Source of the DNA: Pseudomonadota bacterium
GTDB taxonomy: Bacteria > Bdellovibrionota_C > UBA2361 > OMII01
Reading direction: 5' to 3'
Assembly (NCBI GenBank): GCA_038134595.1
Contig: JAYPVM010000005.1
Location: 1 to 64,000 of the forward strand
DNA: 64,000 nucleotides
Shown one piece after another: positions 1 to 8,599 of the stretch. Position 1 is the first letter of the stretch; the number at the start of each line of letters is the position of its first letter. Position numbers and translations under genes: made by a program. Below the pieces are notes generated by a model that worked only from the letters and a program-made list of their open reading frames with translations, was not told where the DNA came from and ran no database searches.

Positions 1-814
1 AGCCTAGGAATACGTAGTCTGCGTCTTTTGCTCCTTCTTTTTTTCGCTCCTCTATCAGGCTCCAGAGGTGGTTTGCTGCCCATTTGGGGACTGCTTGTTC
101 GGCGTCTTTTTTGGCTTTGGTGTGGCGGAGATATAAAAACGTAGTTTTATTCGATGTGGTTTTCACATCTCCAATTCTGAGTCCTACAAGCTCAGAGCGT
201 CTAATTCCTGCGCCAAAGAGGGTGGCTAGAATGGCTGTATCGCGGCGTCCTTTGGGTGTTTCTCGGTCTGGAGCGTGGATTATGTCCATTACAAGCTCAA
301 AATTTACCATCTGAGTAGGGCGCTTTCTACCGGCGTCTTTAGGGGGTGGTGGTACTTTATCTGCCTCAAATGGGTTTTCTGTAATGCCTACGTTACTGGC
401 TATGAGCATGCGGTAGATTCGTCTAAGGGCTGCAAATTTTTTGTGGATTGTGGCGTTTGATTGTGTGGCGTTTAGTCCGTCATTTTTACGTGCGCGTTTG
501 GCGTCTTTGGTTGTTGTGATTTGTTTGGTTGTCGAGGTGCGTGTGGAGACTGATTGCTCCATACGTGGGCGTTCGCCGGGTTTTGTTTCGAGATGTTTTC
601 TGTATGCGATTGCATGAAGGTCTGTTGCGAGAAGAATCTTTTGTGCACTTTGTTCTGTACCGGCTTCTTCGCCTAAGAAGCGACACCATTCTTTTAGTAT
701 GCCTGAATAGGTCGTTCTGGTGGCTGGGGCTTTTAGTGAGAGGAATGCGGATATTCTAAGCCACACTTTGGGGCTCTCTGGTGTGATGACTAATAGCTCT
801 GTTTTTGGGCTCAT
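1..814 (-). CDS. Tyrosine recombinase (Xer/integrase family), 3' end runs off the window
   Basis: Not in the ORF track. Manual translation from ATG at 814: MSPKTELL...ATRTTYSGILKEW...TIHKKFAALRRIY...ENPF...KGRRDTAILATLFGAGIRRSELVGLRIGDV...LRHTKAKK...YVFLG. Contains the RD-x-A-I-L...G-x-R-x-S-E-L box I and the catalytic Lys region. Confidence 0.9.
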   Translation of the reverse strand, partial: MSPKTELLVITPESPKVWLRISAFLSLKAPATRTTYSGILKEWCRFLGEEAGTEQSAQKILLATDLHAIAYRKHLETKPGERPRMEQSVSTRTSTTKQITTTKDAKRARKNDGLNATQSNATIHKKFAALRRIYRMLIASNVGITENPFEADKVPPPPKDAGRKRPTQMVNFELVMDIIHAPDRETPKGRRDTAILATLFGAGIRRSELVGLRIGDVKTTSNKTTFLYLRHTKAKKDAEQAVPKWAANHLWSLIEERKKEGAKDADYVFLG

Positions 815-856
815 AGGGGCATTGTAGTGCTTTGTAGGGGGCTTGTGGGAGTCCTC

Positions 857-892
857 TACTTTGGTTATTAGTTTTCTAGTTCTCGTAAAGTA
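857..892. other. Candidate recombinase-binding (dif-like) site
   Basis: TACTTT-N24-AAAGTA, an AT-rich imperfect inverted repeat about 43 nt upstream of the recombinase start. Confidence 0.35.
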
Positions 893-1027
893 ACGTATTT
901 GCTCTGGCGCCGCTAGGGTAAAAATTTTGCGGTCTTGTTAGTGGATTTCCATTTAATCTAGCAGAATGCAAGGGCCGCTTGGCCTACAACAAAGGCTCTT
1001 AGAATCGACCCTCGGCCGGCCATCGAC

Positions 1028-1756
1028 CTATCGAGGGTCTCTGCAAACAAAAAATAATTCAGTTGTGTCCTCGTCGGGAGTATCTCTATCTGGGTCAATA
1101 AGAATCACGGTACGAAAATATTCTGAGAGATTATCAACGATCTTTTCTGTCGGAACAATGAGCTCTGGCAAGCTCATATCGTACCTCTTAAAAGAGTCTC
1201 CACGGTGTCGGCGAAGAAGTGTCAGGTGCACGTTGTATCGATATTTTCTTTCTCGAGAAACCTCAACGAACGAAATCGAATCATCACCTACATCAGCGGT
1301 GACAGGTTCTAGCCTGTAACGCTCCATTTTTTCCTCAGTGTTTACGTCGAAGATAAATATCCCCCCTGGCCGGAGGTGCTTATGAGCGCCGGCAAAAACC
1401 CGTTTCCAGTCCGAAAATGATGTTATGTGATTCATTGTGTCAAATGGGCAGATAATAACGTCGAAACGCTCTTTAAGTGAGAGTTTGGTTATGTCCCCTT
1501 CCAGGATCACTGAGTTCGGCGCTTTTTTTCGAGCGATCGAAAGCATTTTTGTAGAGCTATCAATGCCGGTGCAGGTATAGGTTTTTTCTAGAAAAGAAAG
1601 CATGGTTCCGGAACCACACCCTAGCTCAAGGATGGTTTTTGCTCGCTGGTGATACGCCTTTATGAGCCTTCTAAGATACTTTGCAACGGGTAGTCTATCG
1701 CCGACAACCTGGTCATAGTGCAGCGCAAACTTATTGTAGTGCTCCTTGGAAGACAT
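1028..1756 (-). CDS. Class I SAM-dependent methyltransferase
   Basis: ILELGCGSG motif I, GIDSS, FDVII, HLRPGGIFIFD; start taken at MSSKEHY. Confidence 0.9.
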   Translation of the reverse strand: MSSKEHYNKFALHYDQVVGDRLPVAKYLRRLIKAYHQRAKTILELGCGSGTMLSFLEKTYTCTGIDSSTKMLSIARKKAPNSVILEGDITKLSLKERFDVIICPFDTMNHITSFSDWKRVFAGAHKHLRPGGIFIFDVNTEEKMERYRLEPVTADVGDDSISFVEVSRERKYRYNVHLTLLRRHRGDSFKRYDMSLPELIVPTEKIVDNLSEYFRTVILIDPDRDTPDEDTTELFFVCRDPR

Positions 1757-1764
1757 AGAGGTAT

Positions 1765-2748
1765 TTATGCGCGCCTCTTTAATACCGAGACCGCAACCTG
1801 CAGTTCCGCTCCAAAAGCGCAAAGAAGTATATCGTCTCGATTTCCGGCAACCGCAGAGTCAGCGATAACTTCCTCTAGACCGAGAAAACAAGCAGCTCCC
1901 GATATATTTCCAACTGTCGTGATTCCTTTGGTGTATATCTGCTCTGGATCCACACCTAGTGTTGGCGATAGCTCAGAAAGCATGCGGATGTTTGCTTGGT
2001 GTGGGATAATGTAGAAATTGGATAGGTCTGATACCCCCGCTAATTTCTTGACTCGCGGAGCGATTCGGGTCCCGAACTCAAATACCCCCCTTCCACGCAT
2101 TCCTAGAAACTGCTTCTCTGTTCCACCAGATGCTAATGTATTAGGCAGATTTATCACGCAAACCGATTCTCCTGCGTATGTTTCTGAATTAGTTCGAAGG
2201 ATCTCTAATCCGCCGGTCACGTTCGGGTCATTTGTAACCAACGCCGCAGTTACACCATCGCTAAACATAATTGCTGTTTTCCACGCCGACTTATCAAGCA
2301 TTCTGCTTGTGTGATCCCCTGCCACAACGAGGTAGTACCTAACTTGCTCTGCTAGTGTGTCCGCTAGTAGCTGGTTGTGTGCGGCCTGAAGAGCCTGAAT
2401 CCCCCCCGCACAACCCATTCCGATGTTTATTGCCAAGATATGCGACAACCCCAATTCCTTAACGACAAGTGGTGCTAACGACGGGATTAAATAGTCTGTT
2501 GTTGGATTGCACGAGGTAAACACGCCAGAGATCTGATCGAGTGAGATGCCACATCGCTGCGCAACATCTCGACACGCCTCGGCCGACATTACAGCAAGAT
2601 TTTCTTCGGGAAGCATACGATGCAGTTTCGTGACACCGCAGAGCCCCTCTATAGTTCCAGCAGGTTTGTCGAACTGCTCCTCTATCGTGATTGGATCTAT
2701 TACATCCGAACCTAGTCGTCGAGAGACGTCGAGAATAGATATAGGCAT
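1765..2748 (-). CDS. Divergent 3-oxoacyl-ACP synthase III (FabH/KASIII family)
   Basis: Cys-His-Asn triad (GMGCAGG, IPHQAN, VGNISGA); GGAGG SD before MPISIL. Confidence 0.85.
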   Translation of the reverse strand: MPISILDVSRRLGSDVIDPITIEEQFDKPAGTIEGLCGVTKLHRMLPEENLAVMSAEACRDVAQRCGISLDQISGVFTSCNPTTDYLIPSLAPLVVKELGLSHILAINIGMGCAGGIQALQAAHNQLLADTLAEQVRYYLVVAGDHTSRMLDKSAWKTAIMFSDGVTAALVTNDPNVTGGLEILRTNSETYAGESVCVINLPNTLASGGTEKQFLGMRGRGVFEFGTRIAPRVKKLAGVSDLSNFYIIPHQANIRMLSELSPTLGVDPEQIYTKGITTVGNISGAACFLGLEEVIADSAVAGNRDDILLCAFGAELQVAVSVLKRRA

Positions 2749-2901
2749 GTTAAACGGCCTCCAAAGTGGCTTTCCAAGGAAGCCGTAACAACAGACACTC
2801 ACAGGTGATATATTCGTGGTCCGCTCTTATGAAAGCGCGACGTAAGATTTCGTTTGTCGGATGCGAACCCTATCTGACCTTAGCTGTGAGGTGCCTTGTT
2901 T
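2748..2901 (-). promoter_or_regulatory. Structured 5' leader of the KASIII-methyltransferase operon
   Basis: Minus-strand rod (GGCACCTCACAG/CTGTGAGTGTC, apical CGCTTT-CATA-AGAGCG) followed by a hairpin ACGGCTTCC/GGAGGCCGT that covers the SD. Confidence 0.5.
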
Positions 2902-3086
2902 CATTTCATTTAAGTGATCCACCGAAACTAGGCTTAAGTGTACCCGCCACTAGCAAGCTTGTCCATAGACGACTAATTCAGGCTGTATACTCTAGGTATT
3001 CGGATACAGGGAGGTTTTTCAGAATATTTACCGCCTCATTATTAGAATTATATTAGCCAAACGCTTAAGTATGGTACGATCTAGAA

Positions 3087-4463
3087 ATGAAGGGCAAACG
3101 AACAGTTATCGAGCCGTTTAAGATAAAAAGCGTCGAGCCGTTGTCGATACTTTCTAGAGAAGAGCGCGAGAGTGTCTTAGAGAAAGCGGGCTATAATTTA
3201 TTCTCTATTCCCGCTAACACTGTAACGTTTGACTTCTTAACCGACTCCGGGACGTCAGCAATGAGCGCGGCTCAGTGGGCGGGCATGATGGTCGCCGATG
3301 AAGTATACGCGGGATCTTCTAGTTTTTCCCGTTTTCGGTCTGTTGTAGAACAGTTGACCGGCTGCAGCTTTGTTATCCCAACCCACCAAGGTCGTGCTGC
3401 AGAGAGATTGCTGTGCCAGATACTAGTCACCGAAGGGTCGATGGTGCCATCAAATAATCACTTCGATACCACAAGGGCTAACATTGAGTATATGGGAGGA
3501 GCTGCTGTCGATCTGGTAATCCCTGAATCTAAAGATCCAGCGCATCCGCATCAATTCAAGGGTAATATCGACCTAGGCGAACTTGCAAATTTTCTATCAG
3601 TGAATCACAACGCGATTCCCTTTGGTATGATTACCCTGACCAATAATTCGGGCGGAGGGCAACCGGTTTCCATGGAGAATCTAAAGAGCGTTGCTAAGCT
3701 TTACAAGGAGTACAGTATTCCCTTCATTATCGACGCCTGTCGCTTCGCGGAAAATGCCTACCTAATTAAAGAGCGCGAACCGAACTACGAAAACCACTCG
3801 GTTCGGAGTATTGTTGGGGAGATATTTTCGCTCTGTGATGGTTGTATAATGAGCGCTAAAAAAGATGGCCTCGTAAATATTGGTGGCTTCATAGCACTAA
3901 AAAACCCAGCTTGGGTCGAACAAATTAGGACGCTTCTTATTCTTACAGAAGGATTTCCAACGTACGGTGGTCTCGCGGCCCGAGATCTCGAGGCGATGGC
4001 TATAGGGCTGCAAGAGGTTCTTGATGAGAATTACCTCCGATACCGAGTTGCGATGACACGGTATATGGCGGAAGGTCTCGAAAAGCTCGGTATTCCAGTT
4101 GTAAAACCTCCAGGCGGGCACGCTGTTTATATTGATGCAAAGTCCTTTCTACCGCACATACCGCCACATGAGTTCCCCGGACAGGCGCTGGCGTGTGAGC
4201 TCTATCTGGCTGAGGGAGTTAGAGGTTGTGAGATCGGTTCGGTTATGTTCGGGAAGTACGAGAGCGATAGATTTGTACCGGCGTCATTGGAGCTTCTCCG
4301 GCTTGCATTTCCTCGGCGTGTATACACTCAGAGCCATTTTGATTATATCCTTGAGGGGCTTGAGGAGGTAGTGGCTAAAAAGGCTACACTGCGGGGCTTT
4401 ACCCTTTGCTATGAGCCGGAATATCTTCGACACTTTACAGCTCGGTTCTCCCCTGTTCGTTAA
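3087..4463 (+). CDS. tnaA: Tryptophanase (beta-eliminating lyase family)
   Basis: DFLTDSGT, PTHQGRAAE, PLP lysine in MSAKKDG, EGFPTYGG; C-terminal LRHFTA has the His typical of tryptophanase rather than tyrosine phenol-lyase. Confidence 0.85.
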   Translation: MKGKRTVIEPFKIKSVEPLSILSREERESVLEKAGYNLFSIPANTVTFDFLTDSGTSAMSAAQWAGMMVADEVYAGSSSFSRFRSVVEQLTGCSFVIPTHQGRAAERLLCQILVTEGSMVPSNNHFDTTRANIEYMGGAAVDLVIPESKDPAHPHQFKGNIDLGELANFLSVNHNAIPFGMITLTNNSGGGQPVSMENLKSVAKLYKEYSIPFIIDACRFAENAYLIKEREPNYENHSVRSIVGEIFSLCDGCIMSAKKDGLVNIGGFIALKNPAWVEQIRTLLILTEGFPTYGGLAARDLEAMAIGLQEVLDENYLRYRVAMTRYMAEGLEKLGIPVVKPPGGHAVYIDAKSFLPHIPPHEFPGQALACELYLAEGVRGCEIGSVMFGKYESDRFVPASLELLRLAFPRRVYTQSHFDYILEGLEEVVAKKATLRGFTLCYEPEYLRHFTARFSPVR

Positions 4464-4583
4464 CTAGCTGTTTTTACCTTATTTAATCGCACCACTTAGC
4501 AACCATTTCTAGTGAAGCACTTTGGTCATTTCTGCAGACTTAAAGGATAGACTTTCCATGCTGTTCTATTCGAGGTAAAAGAT

Positions 4584-4805
4584 ATGGCTATGACAACACA
4601 CGAGATGGTTTATCAGATTTTTGTCGTATATATATTCCTCAAAGCGCTCTTCTTTGCGCCTCTATTGTGGTTTGCTTTCTGCCTTCGCATGAAGGAAAAG
4701 CGTGAAGCTCTAGCTGTATCAGCAAATGAGGGCGCTAAGTCACCTGCCCTATCCCCCGAACCAGAAGCTCTCTATTCAGGCAACCTGATCGAGCAAGCTG
4801 GTTAA
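4584..4805 (+). CDS. Small single-pass membrane protein, unknown function
   Basis: GAGGT SD; hydrophobic segment IFVVYIFLKALFFAPLLWFAFCL followed by a basic stretch. Confidence 0.6.
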   Translation: MAMTTHEMVYQIFVVYIFLKALFFAPLLWFAFCLRMKEKREALAVSANEGAKSPALSPEPEALYSGNLIEQAG

Positions 4806-5394
4806 TAGACTTTTCCGTCACTTCATCTACTATCGGTACCCTACCCACATTTGGCACCTGAGAAAGGTGTGTGATTATTTCCTCTGAGTCTGGAAGTGGA
4901 TCGCCAACAAAAATAATCCCGATTATGGGAATAGATCTGTTCCTTAGAGCCTCCACCGTCAAAAGTGTGTGATTGATACTTCCTAGGTAGTGCCGAGATA
5001 CGAGTACAACCGGCTTTCTCCAGCTTGTGAGGATATCTAGGTTTGTTTCTGAGTCATTAATCGGTACTAAAACACCGCCGGCTAGCTCTATTATGAGGAG
5101 ACGCAGAGTCTTTGGTATGTTTAGGTCAGCGGATTGGATAGTGAGTCCGTCCAGCTGGGCTGCAATATGTGGAGACAGGGGCTCCCGCAATCGGTATGCG
5201 CATGGATGAATACGTCCACCCTCCTCCGCCTCCCTACCTAAAAGGTCGAGAAGAATGTCGTCGTCAACGCTCCCCTCTTTCGTACCGCTAACGATCGGCT
5301 TCCAATAATCTGCGCTTAGTAACTTGCATAGCACTGCTGATACTACTGTTTTGCCTACATCAGTACCGATGCCGGCAACTACGAGCGCACTCAT
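4735..5394 (-). CDS. bioD: Dethiobiotin synthetase
   Basis: GIGTDVGKT, YWKPI, EPLSPH, IELAGG, YLGSINHTLLT. Confidence 0.95.
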   Translation of the reverse strand: MSALVVAGIGTDVGKTVVSAVLCKLLSADYWKPIVSGTKEGSVDDDILLDLLGREAEEGGRIHPCAYRLREPLSPHIAAQLDGLTIQSADLNIPKTLRLLIIELAGGVLVPINDSETNLDILTSWRKPVVLVSRHYLGSINHTLLTVEALRNRSIPIIGIIFVGDPLPDSEEIITHLSQVPNVGRVPIVDEVTEKSINQLARSGCLNRELLVRGIGQVT

Positions 5395-5408
5395 ATTCAG
5401 CCTAGTGG

Positions 5409-6287
5409 TTAATTTGGCAAGTATTGCAATACTGGGTACCGCAGCTCTGATGCGAGGAGCGTTGGTATATTTAGAGATGTCTTTAGGGCCTTCTCAAGGA
5501 AATTACCCTTCCGGTTTGCGTAATGCAATTTCGGTAACTCCCCGTCTTTAAGCTCGACATTGGCAAGCTTGAGCGCGAGACGTGCGGCATCATAAACATC
5601 TCCAAAATCATCGACCAGCCCGATAGCTTTTGCCTCCTCTCCTATTATCATCCGCCCGTCTGCAAAACTCCGAACCTTGTCTTCGGGAAGCTTTCGACCC
5701 TCGACAACAGCTCGAATAAAGAGCTGATGGACCTTCTTGGCCGTATCACTTAGGTACGCTCGTTCGGGCTCAGTCATTGGGCGAAACTGATTTCCGGTAT
5801 CTTTTAGCTCCCCACTCTTGATGGTCTCCATGTCGATGCCGACAGTGGATGCTATCTTTGTAAAGTTTGGAATCTGCATGATTACACCGATTGACCCAGT
5901 TTGTGTGCCAGGCTGACACAAGATCTTATTAGCGGAAAGGCTTGAATACAATCCTCCGGAGGCAGCAACAGAGCCCATGGAGGCTACAATTGGCTTCTCT
6001 ATTTTGAGTCGCCGAACCGCATTATAAATCTCTTCGCTTGGAGCCACAGCCCCACCTGGAGAGTCGATGCGAAGCACAATGGCCTTAGTGTCTTTATCAT
6101 AGGCGTGCTTGTAGAGAGCCTTCAGCACGTCAGAAGCGTCGCTTATTGCCCCTTCAAGCTCAACAACCGCTACTTTAGGACCAGAAATGTCGGTGCTTGC
6201 AGCGACGGCACCAAAAATTACCATCACAAGAAAAAAGCCTCCCAGAAGGGTAACAATTTTGGCTAACCAAATCTTGTACTCACTCAT
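5409..6287 (-). CDS. sppA: Signal peptide peptidase SppA (36K type)
   Basis: N-terminal TM, LRIDSPGG, ASGGLY, TGSIGV, KSGELKD. Confidence 0.93.
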   Translation of the reverse strand: MSEYKIWLAKIVTLLGGFFLVMVIFGAVAASTDISGPKVAVVELEGAISDASDVLKALYKHAYDKDTKAIVLRIDSPGGAVAPSEEIYNAVRRLKIEKPIVASMGSVAASGGLYSSLSANKILCQPGTQTGSIGVIMQIPNFTKIASTVGIDMETIKSGELKDTGNQFRPMTEPERAYLSDTAKKVHQLFIRAVVEGRKLPEDKVRSFADGRMIIGEEAKAIGLVDDFGDVYDAARLALKLANVELKDGELPKLHYANRKGNFLEKALKTSLNIPTLLASELRYPVLQYLPN

Positions 6288-6420
6288 AAAAAATCCGTCA
6301 AAAATCATTACGTTGAGGGTAGTCTACCCTGCCACGACGGGTTAGTATATGGGAAAACAAGCGATTTTAATCAGGAAAATCAGCAGCAGAAATAACCTTT
6401 GACCATCGGAGCTTGGTTCT

Positions 6421-6996
6421 ATGGATGATTTAGTCTCTAAACTCTTGGGTGAATCAGGCACTCTAAAACAGACGCTAAGCAAAGATCAGGATTTCATCAC
6501 TTCGGTTGCTTCCTCTTGCCAGCTTATCGCCAACTCTCTTTCAGCCAATGGAACCATATTCGCGTGTGGCAATGGGGGATCAACGTGCGATGCGATGCAC
6601 TTAGTAGAGGAGCTCGTGGCCCGTTACAAGCGAGACCGCCCGGGTCTTAAGGCTCAACACCTGATGGATAGCTCTGTGCTTACCTGTTGGAGTAATGACG
6701 TGGGTTTTGACGACGCTTTTCGTAGGTATGTTGAGACATTTTGCTCGCGTGAAGACCTTCTTGTTGGAATCTCAACATCCGGTAATTCGAAGAACGTCAT
6801 TAGTGCTGTGAAAGAAGCAAAGAATCGACAGGTTCCAACAGTAGGCCTATTGGGCAAAGACGGGGGCGAACTAGCGGGCCTATGTGATGTCGCTATCACG
6901 GTACCTTCTCAGTTTACAGAGCGCATTCAGGAGGTTCACATAACGATAATTCACATCTGGCTGGAACTCTTAGAGACAAAACTAGGATTTGCATAG
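6421..6996 (+). CDS. gmhA: Phosphoheptose isomerase (SIS domain)
   Basis: CGNGGS, ISTSGNS, RIQEVH. Confidence 0.93.
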   Translation: MDDLVSKLLGESGTLKQTLSKDQDFITSVASSCQLIANSLSANGTIFACGNGGSTCDAMHLVEELVARYKRDRPGLKAQHLMDSSVLTCWSNDVGFDDAFRRYVETFCSREDLLVGISTSGNSKNVISAVKEAKNRQVPTVGLLGKDGGELAGLCDVAITVPSQFTERIQEVHITIIHIWLELLETKLGFA

Positions 6997-7011
6997 TAGT
7001 TGCTATTGCAC

Positions 7012-7041
7012 TCAGCACCAACTCTCCCTAGTGCTGAAAAA
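7012..7041 (-). terminator. Probable intrinsic terminator between convergent gmhA and the acyl-CoA dehydrogenase gene
   Basis: TCAGCAC...GTGCTGA stem flanked by an A-run on one side. Confidence 0.4.
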
Positions 7042-7116
7042 GTGGCCGGTTGTTGCCGAATGAAAGGCGGCTCGGATTTTGAAGCGTTTAGTGCTATAGC
7101 TCTATATAGCCCCGTA

Positions 7117-8154
7117 CTAATCCAAGCCCCGAGCTAAGTTAAGCATTGCGCGCGCCTCCTGTAGGGAGATCTCAAAGACGCTCGCTATCAGCCGAACTCG
7201 TCGAAGAAAAAGATGCAGGTCGTATTCCCATGTAAATCCGATGCCACCATGACACTGAATGGCTGTTTCGCAAATCTCCGGGCCATGCTTTGCCGCCGCG
7301 CTTATGGCGGCTAGCGAGGTTAAATAAAACTGAGCTGCGCTGTTATCGCCTGCCCAACTTGCAAAAGTAGATAGACTCCGTATCGATTCGTAGTCTACAT
7401 ATGCGCTAGCGATTGACTGCTGCACAGCCTGAAACGATCCGATTGGGCGGCTAAACTGTTTTCGGGTTTTTACATAATCGACTGTCATAGCCAACACACT
7501 CTCGCACGCTCCGGCTATTTCGTTGGCCTTCAGGCAGGAAAGTATGCTAGCAAACTGGACGCTTGCAGGCTCAGATAGTGCGGTAAAAGACGCTTTGTCG
7601 AGTCGGACTGAGTGCAGGATGGTAGTAGGGTCAAGGCTATTCTGTACTGTTACACTAACACCCTTCTGTTCAATTGGTATTATTACCAGTTGCAAGGAGG
7701 ACCCTTGATCCAGCATGCCGATAATGGAACTTGCATTAGTACAGTTCGTCGCCCAGAGAATCTCTCCAGATAATGTGCGCTTTTTTTTGCCCTGCCCTGT
7801 CAGTCTACAGCATCGGGAAAAACTTATTCCAATATTCTTCTCTGTAACGAGAGGCGAAACCTCTGGCGCGATCTTGGGTAAGAGACAATGAGTAAGTATC
7901 TTCTCAACAAACGGCGCTGGTACGAGGTGTTTTCCGCAATGATACGAGAGAGCAGACATGTCTCCGATTTGAAGATGCTCCGAGCTCTGGGAAAAGTATT
8001 CCACCAATCCTAATTCGGCTATCTGATTTTCAAACCCAGCGTCGGCGGCTTGTGGATTATGTACCCGCGTTCGCCGATACTCGGATGTTACGGTGTCAGT
8101 AAAAAACCTCTCAAGGAGCTCCCGTAGCTCCCGGGAGTCATCAGAAAAATTCAT
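7117..8154 (-). CDS. Short acyl-CoA dehydrogenase family protein (non-catalytic partner subunit type)
   Basis: YVKTRKQFSRPIGSFQAVQ and AIQCHGGIGFTWEYDLHLFLRR; lacks the usual ALTEP-x-GSD and I-x-EGT motifs. Confidence 0.8.
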   Translation of the reverse strand: MNFSDDSRELRELLERFFTDTVTSEYRRTRVHNPQAADAGFENQIAELGLVEYFSQSSEHLQIGDMSALSYHCGKHLVPAPFVEKILTHCLLPKIAPEVSPLVTEKNIGISFSRCCRLTGQGKKKRTLSGEILWATNCTNASSIIGMLDQGSSLQLVIIPIEQKGVSVTVQNSLDPTTILHSVRLDKASFTALSEPASVQFASILSCLKANEIAGACESVLAMTVDYVKTRKQFSRPIGSFQAVQQSIASAYVDYESIRSLSTFASWAGDNSAAQFYLTSLAAISAAAKHGPEICETAIQCHGGIGFTWEYDLHLFLRRVRLIASVFEISLQEARAMLNLARGLD

Positions 8155-8161
8155 TGTACAC

Positions 8162-8470
8162 CTACATCATTCCCAGTAGCCCTTTTACCTCATCGGAGGC
8201 CTCCCAGGGTGGAGAGAACGTTATTATAACATCTACCTTCTCCACGCCTTCCACCGCACCGACTTTTTGTTCTACTTCAGATTTTAATTGTGGACCCGCT
8301 GGACACATTGGAGAGGTAAATGTCATGTCGATAGAGACACTCCCTCCATCAATCTGGATGTTATAAATGAGACCAAGAAACCAGATGTCTAAAAATAACT
8401 CTGGGTCCTCTACCTGCTTAAGAGCCTCAATAACCGCTTCACGCGTTACCATGCCTGAATCATTACTCAT
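8162..8470 (-). CDS. DUF59/SufT/PaaD-like Fe-S maturation protein
   Basis: DPEL-x-LDI-x-x-LGLIY, MTFTSPMCP, FSPPW. Confidence 0.9.
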   Translation of the reverse strand: MSNDSGMVTREAVIEALKQVEDPELFLDIWFLGLIYNIQIDGGSVSIDMTFTSPMCPAGPQLKSEVEQKVGAVEGVEKVDVIITFSPPWEASDEVKGLLGMM

Positions 8471-8533
8471 AATTCTATAAATTTAACAAACTATCTGAAA
8501 CAAATCCATCCTAGGAATACTGATGGAGTAGTG

Positions 8534-8568
8534 AAAAAAAAGCCGCGGTGATCTCTCACCGCGGCTTT
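8534..8568 (-). terminator. Intrinsic terminator of the HU-like gene
   Basis: AAAGCCGCGGTGA-TCTC-TCACCGCGGCTTT perfect stem with an 8-A tract (U tract on the minus strand). Confidence 0.9.
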
Positions 8569-8599
8569 CAGGCTTCTAGTCTCACAATAAGACTAGCAA

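Noticed and set aside
84..759. Four short ORFs in the track (84-314, 275-460, 486-689, 529-759)
   Set aside because: They are shadow frames of the minus-strand recombinase, which the track missed because it lacks a stop inside the window.
2940..3086. Possible TnaC leader peptide upstream of tnaA
   Set aside because: I found no short ORF with the Trp...Asp...Pro-stop pattern.
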